This document shows positions 45,867-52,061 of a stretch of DNA of 52,061 nucleotides, piece by piece. The notes below the pieces were generated by a model. It was not told the DNA's origin. It saw only the letters and a list, made by a program, of their open reading frames with translations, and searched no databases. Origin of the DNA: an uncultured Candidatus Saccharibacteria bacterium. Its GTDB lineage: Bacteria; Patescibacteriota; Minisyncoccia; Phycocordibacterales; Zambryskibacteraceae. The number at the start of each line of letters is the position of its first letter. Position 1 is the stretch's first letter. The translations under genes were made by a program, and so were the position numbers. The DNA is taken from NCBI GenBank assembly GCA_964509605.1, contig CAZDXF010000004.1:1-52061 (forward strand), in the 5' to 3' direction.

Positions 45867-46397
45867 TTAGAGTCCTTGATTCTTAGATTGGCGAGCGCGC
45901 TGAATTAGCTCGTCTCGAAGTTGTTCTGCAACATCCATAGAAACTGCAGGCAATCTTCCCTCTGCACTGCCACCCATTACGCCATAACGTGATACGGTTG
46001 CACTTGCTCCGGCCGTTTGGATGTTGAGGTCAGATAGTCCAAGGATGCGAGCCAAAATACCACGGTTGATGTCAACGTTTTGAATTCGGTCGTAAGGAAC
46101 AGTGACATATTTTTTATAGATAACTCCTGATTCCTTACGAAAACCCGTGTCAAGAAGTTCGTAGCGATAATAATGGTAAGTGAGTTTAGCCCACACAAAA
46201 CACAAAACAAGAAAAGCTGGGATGATAAGCCACAACCAATTCAAAAAGCCAAACGAAAACTCACTGCCGTTATTTAAGTCGTCAAAACCACCTAAAAATG
46301 CTGAACCCCAAATACTCAAAAATATTATCGGTATGAACGACCGTAAAACAAAACTAAAGAAGAAAAACCAGACGGACTTTGGATCAAGTTGTTTCAT
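45867..46397 (-). CDS. Membrane protein with a bacterial PH (bPH_2 / YdbS-YdbT-like) domain, enclosed by IR-1
   Basis: Two N-terminal TM helices, then YRYELLDTGFRKESGVIYKKYVTVPYDRIQNVDINRGILARILGLSDLNIQTAG. Confidence 0.7.
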   Translation of the reverse strand: MKQLDPKSVWFFFFSFVLRSFIPIIFLSIWGSAFLGGFDDLNNGSEFSFGFLNWLWLIIPAFLVLCFVWAKLTYHYYRYELLDTGFRKESGVIYKKYVTVPYDRIQNVDINRGILARILGLSDLNIQTAGASATVSRYGVMGGSAEGRLPAVSMDVAEQLRDELIQRARQSKNQGL

Positions 46398-46564
46398 ATT
46401 TTATGAATTTAATGATTTTAATAGAAAAGCCGACCGCCCTTTCTTGAAATTATTATACCACATATTTGTCTATATTATGATTAAAAGGATTAAAAAATTT
46501 TCTTCCCCCAAAATTAAAATATGGTTCGAGCCGATGTTTTTCTCCGGGTTCTTTTGCGGTTTTG

Positions 46565-46660
46565 AGCGGTGCGGCTCCGCCGCCTTTCCGAATTTTCGCG
46601 GGGGAACTTCCTCGCCGCCGCAGGCGGCGAAATGCGTTCGGACTAATTCAAGAATACTGC
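46565..46660. repeat. IR-1 right arm (96 bp)
   Basis: Perfect inverted copy of 45726-45821. It overlaps IR-2L by 2 nt. Confidence 0.9.
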
Positions 46661-46759
46661 ACCAGACAGGAAAATACAAGTTTGAAAGGTTCGCCTCGCT
46701 TCGCTCGGCGACTAATTTGTATTCAATTTTGGGGGTAAAAACGAATTCTCGATTTCGCA
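46659..46759. repeat. IR-2 left arm (101 bp): inverted copy of the recombinase 3' end plus the tRNA-Arg 3' tip
   Basis: 97/101 identical to the reverse complement of 48163-48263. The 4 mismatches cluster at the distal end. Confidence 0.9.
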
Positions 46760-46802
46760 TTTTTGGGGAAGAAAATTTTTTAATCCTTAATTTTCAAAAC
46801 TT

Positions 46803-48272
46803 ATGAAATATATACTATACGCTCGTAAGAGCACAGAAGAAGATGATAGGCAGGTATTGAGTATTGAAGCGCAACTCGTAGAGTTGCAAGAGTATGCCGC
46901 CAAAGAAAACCTTGAAATTGTAGCTTCCTTTCAGGAAGCCAAAACCGCAAAAGAACCCGGTCGAATGAAATTCGCAGAAATGTTGTCATTGATTGAGAGA
47001 GGAAAGGCAGACGGCATTATTTCGTGGCACCCCGATCGATTAGCTCGCAATTCTGTAGACGGAGGCAAGATAATTCATTTCGTAGATCGCGGCTTGATTA
47101 AGTCCCTCAAATTTCCCACCTTTTGGTTTGAAGCAACCCCACAAGGTTTATTCATGCTCAATATCGCTTTCGGCCAAAGTAAATATTTTGTGGATAATTT
47201 GCGAGAGAATGTGAAAAGAGGTCTGCGACAGAAAATCCGTAATGGGGTATGGCCTGGCTGGGCTCCAGTGGGATACCTCAACAATGCTAAAACTCGCGGT
47301 ATTGATGTTGATACGGAGAAATCCACGAAAGTCAGAAAATTGTTTGAAATGTACGCCACCGGAATATATACGCTTCATTCTCTCGCAAATTGGTGCAAGG
47401 AAAAGGGTTTACGAGGCAATCTAGGCAAAGAAATAGCGTTAAGCAACGTGCAAAGTATTCTACAAAATATTTTCTACATCGGGCTAATGAAATATGGTGG
47501 GGAAATTTTTGAGGGAAAACACGAGCCGTTAATTTCAAAGAAACTTTTTGATAAGTGTCAAGAAGTGATGAGTAAGCGTGGAAAATTCCATTATGTGAGA
47601 AAAAAAGATTTTGCTTTTCTTGGCCTCTTGAAATGTGCTTCGTGTGGTTGTTCAATAACCGCAGAGAAACAGAAAGGTCATAACTATTATCGTTGTACGA
47701 AAAAGAAGGGCATTTGCCAAGAAAAGCATTATCTCCGCGAAGAAGCACTAACCGAGCAAATCACTTCTTATCTCCAAAAAGTTTCTTTGTCGAGCCAAGA
47801 TACCGAGAAAGTTTTGGCGGCGTTGGATAGCGAGCAAGATAAAGCGATAAAGGACACACAATCCAAAGTTGAGATTTTGAAAGAGCAGTTATCACAAATT
47901 GAGACAAAACTCCAAAAACTTCTCGATGTCTATTTAGCAGACGCTTTATCCACAGAAGAATACGCCGCCAAAAAACAGAGTTTGCTGTCTCAAAAAGTTT
48001 CGTTATCTGAAAAAATCAACGACTTTGAGACAAAAGGGTTGTCTTGGCTCGAACCGGCTCGTGAGTTCGTAAAGTCCTTAAATCAAGCCGCAAATCTGCT
48101 TTCCTCTCCCAATCCGACTGCAATGACAACATTTCTGAAAAACATCGGCTCGAACCATATTTTGCGAAACCGCCAATTCGTTTTTGCCCCCAAAATTGAA
48201 TACAAATTAGTCGCCGAGCGAAGCGAGGCGAACCTTTCAAACTTGTATTTTCCTGTCTGGTGCTCTCGGTAG
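46803..48272 (+). CDS. Large serine recombinase (resolvase catalytic domain, recombinase domain, zinc ribbon, coiled-coil)
   Basis: YARKSTEEDDRQVLSIEAQ (catalytic Ser), SWHPDRLARN, and CASCGCSITAEKQKGHNYYRC. The last 15 nt overlap the tRNA-Arg 3' end. Confidence 0.9.
   Translation: MKYILYARKSTEEDDRQVLSIEAQLVELQEYAAKENLEIVASFQEAKTAKEPGRMKFAEMLSLIERGKADGIISWHPDRLARNSVDGGKIIHFVDRGLIKSLKFPTFWFEATPQGLFMLNIAFGQSKYFVDNLRENVKRGLRQKIRNGVWPGWAPVGYLNNAKTRGIDVDTEKSTKVRKLFEMYATGIYTLHSLANWCKEKGLRGNLGKEIALSNVQSILQNIFYIGLMKYGGEIFEGKHEPLISKKLFDKCQEVMSKRGKFHYVRKKDFAFLGLLKCASCGCSITAEKQKGHNYYRCTKKKGICQEKHYLREEALTEQITSYLQKVSLSSQDTEKVLAALDSEQDKAIKDTQSKVEILKEQLSQIETKLQKLLDVYLADALSTEEYAAKKQSLLSQKVSLSEKINDFETKGLSWLEPAREFVKSLNQAANLLSSPNPTAMTTFLKNIGSNHILRNRQFVFAPKIEYKLVAERSEANLSNLYFPVWCSR
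48163..48263. repeat. IR-2 right arm (within the recombinase 3' end, reaching into the tRNA-Arg acceptor/CCA)
   Basis: See IR-2 left arm. Confidence 0.9.
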
Positions 48273-48332
48273 GAATCGAACCTACATTGGGAGATTAGAA
48301 GTCTCCAGTTCTATCCATTGAACTACGAGAGC
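48258..48332 (-). tRNA. tRNA-Arg (anticodon TCT), CCA encoded
   Basis: Reverse complement: GCTCTCGTAGTTCAATGGATAGAACTGGAGACTTCTAATCTCCCAATGTAGGTTCGATTCCTACCGAGAGCACCA. Confidence 0.88.
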
Positions 48333-48355
48333 ATTGCAGAAAGACTATACAGATA

Positions 48356-48691
48356 TTAAAGCGCTGGGTCAACGCTCCATTTTTGAGAATCAGCAGAATC
48401 ATTCAATTTTTCTGCCTTGCCATCAAAAAAAGAAATTATTTTTTGTAAATCCTTCAAGCTCACTGCCTCCTTTTCAGATTCAGATGAGTCGTATCGGCTA
48501 AAAGCTTCTCCTTCGCTGACCTGTATAAATAAATAGAAATTGAAAACGGCAACTGCCGAAATCACTATAAAAAACAAAGCTAAAACAAGCTTCCAGTCGT
48601 GAGCCGCTTTCAAACTCAAATTTTGATACTCCTTTTTATGAAAAGAAGGTTTTTTAAATAATTTTTTTATGTCTATGTTTTTTAGATTCAT
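48356..48691 (-). CDS. Hypothetical single-pass membrane protein, last gene of the pilMNO cluster
   Basis: 111 aa with one TM helix, translationally coupled to the upstream gene. Confidence 0.5.
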   Translation of the reverse strand: MNLKNIDIKKLFKKPSFHKKEYQNLSLKAAHDWKLVLALFFIVISAVAVFNFYLFIQVSEGEAFSRYDSSESEKEAVSLKDLQKIISFFDGKAEKLNDSADSQKWSVDPAL

Positions 48692-48692
48692 T

Positions 48693-49259
48693 TTATTTAA
48701 TTTTCAAAACCGAAAATTCCACATTACCTTTCCACGAAGATGGACCCGAGCTATTTTCGAAAAATAAATCCTCTTGAGTTTTTTCAGAGACAATTACCAC
48801 ATTTTTAATTAAAACTCTATAAGGAAGATTTTCAATAGAAGAAACAAAGCTCATAACACGACCCCAAGACCCGACAACCTCCACCCTCATATTCAACAGC
48901 TCTTTAAAATCATCCTTGTTTCTTGTTTCGTCTTCAACTGAAACATAGGCAACATTCAAATCTACTCCCAAATTTCTTGCCAAATCTTCTATATTTTCTA
49001 TGAATTTTGGAGCTTGATCCCTTTGAACAAAATAGCTGTCTAGTTTTGAAATTGAATCAGCGTTTTCATTTAAGATAAGCTTTGTCTTGAGCAGAAATTC
49101 ATCTTTTTTTAGCTCCCTGTCGGCGTCATTTAGCATGGAGGAAATGTGCTCATTTTTTATTTTTACCAAAAAGAACATTCCGGCGTAAATTGCAATCACA
49201 ACAATGTTGAGGATTAAGATGGTTATAAATATTTTTTTTACAGAAGTCGGATTTTTCAT
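48693..49259 (-). CDS. pilO: PilO-like type IV pilus assembly protein
   Basis: An N-terminal TM helix, a coiled-coil, and a C-terminal ..VEVVGSWGRVMSFVSSIENLPYRVLIKNVVI pattern, positioned after pilN. Confidence 0.55.
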   Translation of the reverse strand: MKNPTSVKKIFITILILNIVVIAIYAGMFFLVKIKNEHISSMLNDADRELKKDEFLLKTKLILNENADSISKLDSYFVQRDQAPKFIENIEDLARNLGVDLNVAYVSVEDETRNKDDFKELLNMRVEVVGSWGRVMSFVSSIENLPYRVLIKNVVIVSEKTQEDLFFENSSGPSSWKGNVEFSVLKIK

Positions 49260-49269
49260 GAATTTAAAA

Positions 49270-49809
49270 TCAGGACTCTACGCTTATCCTTATAGAAAAA
49301 GTTGCGTTTCTTTCTTTGGCAAAACTTGAAACGGGTATATCAACTTTAGAAAATATTTCTTCCTCTTCCAGAGACCGCACAAATTCTGAAAGACTGTCTC
49401 TGTTTAAAGCCACTCCGCTTAAGACCACCTCTTTTTTGTTGCCCTCTCCAACACTAAAACTCATAGAATTTATTCTTATTGAAGATGTCTTCTTATCCAA
49501 AACTTTTTTAAAGAGAACGCTTGGCTGGTTTAAATCTTGTCCGATCAACAAAGATTGAATTTTCAAATTTGTCTGAACTAGACGAGCATTAAGCTCATCA
49601 GCTTCTTTAAGAATGGTGGACATTCTCACAGACTCTATTCTTTCTGAAATCTCATTGTCTTTTGCGTTAGAAATCAGATAGGAAGGCAATAAAAATAAGA
49701 TGGCAACAAAAACAATGGCAAAAAAGAAAGTTAAAACAACTATGAGTAGACGGAGTCTGTACTCTTGGAAAATTCTCTTTTTCTCTCTGCTTGGAAGTAA
49801 ATTAAACAT
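49270..49809 (-). CDS. pilN: PilN-like type IV pilus assembly protein
   Basis: The N-terminus FNLLPSREKK followed by a TM helix is the PilN hallmark. Confidence 0.62.
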   Translation of the reverse strand: MFNLLPSREKKRIFQEYRLRLLIVVLTFFFAIVFVAILFLLPSYLISNAKDNEISERIESVRMSTILKEADELNARLVQTNLKIQSLLIGQDLNQPSVLFKKVLDKKTSSIRINSMSFSVGEGNKKEVVLSGVALNRDSLSEFVRSLEEEEIFSKVDIPVSSFAKERNATFSIRISVES

Positions 49810-49812
49810 TTT

Positions 49813-50892
49813 TTAAAAATGAAAATGGTGGGGCAAGGCCAATCCAACAGCAACCGCGTATTCTAAAGATTCGGATTTTGGTATTGAAGGCACAAAAGAT
49901 TCAAATGAGAAAGCGTTTACCCAAACATTAGAAACAGAAACCTCCATATTCAATACGGCAAGTTTGTTTAATAATTCGGCACTATCTGCTGAGTATCCAC
50001 TAACAATGAGAGAAGAAATAGTGGCTGGTTTTTCGTTTATTTTTTCAAATTGAGAATTCCAATAGGAAATTATTTTATTTGTTTCTGATTTAAATTCTTC
50101 AAAAACAGAATCTGTTATTCTGTCCAAAAAATTAGATCTTCTCTTTTTCTCCCCAAGGCCTGTGGCTGTACCATTTTCATAAGGAAAATAAACCGTGGAA
50201 GAAAAATTTATAACACCATCACTTGCAATTGCTATGCATATTTTTTTGTCAAAAAAATGAACGAGAAGGTGAGGGTCGTTGTCTTCTCTGGAGACCGAAG
50301 CCTTGAGAACCGCCTGAGATTCCATTTCAAAATGGAGAGCTGTCATACCAGCTGAACTGAAAATATCCATATAAGAGCTGACAACATTTTCTGGCACAAC
50401 CGTAACAGAAACATCAATATCCCCCTCTTCCTCTTCTTTGTTTTCTACAACAGAATAATCAAAAACAGCTTCTCTCACAGAAATCGGGACATTTTCTTCT
50501 ATCACAAACTCAACAGCCGTATTCATATCAGAAGATGATGCTTTTGGAAGCTTTGTTCTAAAAATGTATCCTTTCTCTTCAGGAACTACAGATCTAATGT
50601 AGTTTAAATTGTGTTTTTCTTTTAATTCAGACAGCAATCTCACTAAAACATCTTTCTTTGCAACTTCCCCAGAAACAATGACACCTTCTGGAATCTCTAC
50701 AAAATCATATTTTTCAAGAGCTAGGCCTTCTTTGTTTCTAGAAAATTCAACATATCTGATAGCCGTGTCTTCTATCGAAATACCCGGTGCAGACATCTCT
50801 AAAAAGCGGGGGGTTGGAAACACATCAAAAAAATGTGTTTTGTTGTGATTTTTTGTAGAGTCAGTTTTTTTCATCACAATTTCTATCCACAA
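49813..50892 (-). CDS. pilM: PilM-like type IV pilus assembly ATPase-fold protein
   Basis: ~350 aa of actin-like fold length, placed before pilN/pilO. The true start may be the MKKTD at 50874. Confidence 0.65.
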   Translation of the reverse strand: MWIEIVMKKTDSTKNHNKTHFFDVFPTPRFLEMSAPGISIEDTAIRYVEFSRNKEGLALEKYDFVEIPEGVIVSGEVAKKDVLVRLLSELKEKHNLNYIRSVVPEEKGYIFRTKLPKASSSDMNTAVEFVIEENVPISVREAVFDYSVVENKEEEEGDIDVSVTVVPENVVSSYMDIFSSAGMTALHFEMESQAVLKASVSREDNDPHLLVHFFDKKICIAIASDGVINFSSTVYFPYENGTATGLGEKKRRSNFLDRITDSVFEEFKSETNKIISYWNSQFEKINEKPATISSLIVSGYSADSAELLNKLAVLNMEVSVSNVWVNAFSFESFVPSIPKSESLEYAVAVGLALPHHFHF

Positions 50893-50933
50893 TTATACAA
50901 CAATTTATTTAGAGAGTTATTTAAAAACCGCGA

Positions 50934-51263
50934 TTATTTCACAAGAGAACCGGGCTCAATCTGATCTTTTACCTCAAGAAATGAAAAATTTTGATCGTCG
51001 CTTGCGCATAAAATCATTCCTTGGCTCTCCAAGCCAAAAATCGTTCTTGGTTCAAGATTAAAAACAAAGGGATATTTTTTGCCAACAATTTCTTGCGGAG
51101 AGTTTAAATATTTTTTTATACCAGAAACTATCTGCCTTTCTCCACTCTCGCCAAAAGACACTCGGAGTTTCAAGAGTTTTTCGGACCCCTCCACCTCCTC
51201 TGCAGAAATCACTTCTCCAATCCTAATTTCTATCTTTTTAAAATCTTCAAATGAAATAGACAT
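50934..51263 (-). CDS. Stand-alone tRNA-binding domain protein (CsaA/Trbp111/MetRS-C-terminal-like)
   Basis: FKKIEIRIGEVISAEEVEGSEKLLKLRVSFG...IVSGIKKY...LEPRTIFGLESQGMILCA. Confidence 0.82.
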   Translation of the reverse strand: MSISFEDFKKIEIRIGEVISAEEVEGSEKLLKLRVSFGESGERQIVSGIKKYLNSPQEIVGKKYPFVFNLEPRTIFGLESQGMILCASDDQNFSFLEVKDQIEPGSLVK

Positions 51264-51264
51264 T

Positions 51265-51657
51265 TTATTGTAAATTATTTTTTCGCTTATCTAAAAAACT
51301 TTTAAGTATTATGGCGGCAGCAGAAGCGTCGTGCTTGAGATTTTTGCCTTGCAGACGCTCCGCTTCTGCTGAAGTGAGAAATTCGGGTTCAAAATAAACA
51401 GGGATTTTTGTTTTTTCTTCAAGTTGAGCGGAAAAGTTCTTTATGCTTTCCATCAAAATGTTTTCATTTAGAGAAAAATCTTTTGATTCACCCATTACGA
51501 TTCCTTCGATACCCTCTTTCAAACAAATTTCCAAAATTTTATCCAAAAGATTTTTGTCGTTTGCAAAAACATCCAAAGGCAAGGCGAAATCTCCGGATAT
51601 GTCGGTTATCGAAACCCCCACTCTTTTCATTCCAAAATCAATGCCCAAAAATCTCAT
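51265..51657 (-). CDS. ruvX: Holliday-junction resolvase-like RuvX/YqgF
   Basis: MRFLGIDFGMKRVGVSITD and the ..LTSAEAE.. motif; 130 aa. Confidence 0.85.
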   Translation of the reverse strand: MRFLGIDFGMKRVGVSITDISGDFALPLDVFANDKNLLDKILEICLKEGIEGIVMGESKDFSLNENILMESIKNFSAQLEEKTKIPVYFEPEFLTSAEAERLQGKNLKHDASAAAIILKSFLDKRKNNLQ

Positions 51658-51719
51658 TTGATTATTCTACTACAATAAGGTCTGTTTGAGAGAAATCTTC
51701 GTTCTGGTATTATTCATAC

Positions 51720-51962
51720 ATGGAAACTTTTGCACAAAACCTTTCAAATGCCGGGGTGTTTTTGGAAAACCATCCGTGGCTCTTTGTATTTTTAATAGCT
51801 TGGTCTTTGGTTTGGAAGGGTTTTGGTTTATGGAAATCCGCCCAACTTGCGCACAAGGGCTGGTTTGTGGCAATCTTACTCCTTAATACGCTAGGAATAC
51901 TTGAGGCGATATATCTTTTTGTAATCGCCAAAAAATACAGCGTAAAGGTTGAAGAAAGCTAG
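51720..51962 (+). CDS. Small two-TM membrane protein (DUF5652-like)
   Basis: WSLVWKGFGLWKSAQLAHKGWFVAILLLNTLGILEAIYLF. The family call is from memory. Confidence 0.6.
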   Translation: METFAQNLSNAGVFLENHPWLFVFLIAWSLVWKGFGLWKSAQLAHKGWFVAILLLNTLGILEAIYLFVIAKKYSVKVEES

Positions 51963-51975
51963 TTTCAAACAATAT

Positions 51976-52060
51976 GGAGGAGTGGCAGAGTGGTCTATCG
52001 CACTTGTCTTGAAAACAAGAGTCTCGAAAGGGACCGTGAGTTCGAATCTCACCTCCTCCG
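51976..52060 (+). tRNA. tRNA-Ser (anticodon TGA), long variable arm, at the window edge
   Basis: GGAGGAGTGGCAGAGTGGTCTATCGCACTTGTCTTGAAAACAAGAGTCTCGAAAGGGACCGTGAGTTCGAATCTCACCTCCTCCG. Confidence 0.85.
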
Positions 52061-52061
52061 C

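Noticed and set aside
46470-46760. Treating ORF 46470..46760 as an independent gene.
   Set aside because: It is composed almost entirely of inverted-repeat copies (recombinase 3' end, IR-1, 27-bp fragment). It is reported only as a possible alternative C-terminal exon after inversion.

Overview
The window is mostly low-GC, tightly packed and almost entirely minus-strand coded. I read it as a Patescibacteria/CPR (Parcubacteria-like) chromosome, but that is an inference from several cues: native genes lack Shine-Dalgarno motifs, the 23S rRNA has no adjacent 16S, and pilMNO, a DUF5652-like peptide, a free-standing LAGLIDADG endonuclease and ribosomal proteins with acidic tails are present. The housekeeping content is the 5' part of the 23S rRNA, rplJ-rplL, secE-nusG-rplK, rpsF-ssb-rpsR, rplS, ftsK, recA, efp, recO, ruvX, folD, four aminoacyl-tRNA synthetases (metG, glyQS, ileS, argS), an ECF sigma/anti-sigma pair and six tRNAs. 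Several things stand out against that background. (1) A diversity-generating-retroelement signature: a 122-nt template/variable repeat pair differing only at template adenines, with no reverse transcriptase in the window. (2) A large serine recombinase abutting tRNA-Arg and embedded in nested long inverted repeats, which suggests two adjacent invertible segments. (3) Six to eight GC-rich expression cassettes with their own promoter, strong SD and hairpin terminator, scattered between native genes; one is the DGR target and one is a PEP-CTERM protein. (4) Two colinear 116-nt structured repeats that exactly fill the intergenic gaps of the rpsF-ssb-rpsR operon. (5) An IleRS with a complete histidine-phosphatase domain nested inside it. 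All calls come from reading the sequence and ORF translations by eye; no searches were run.
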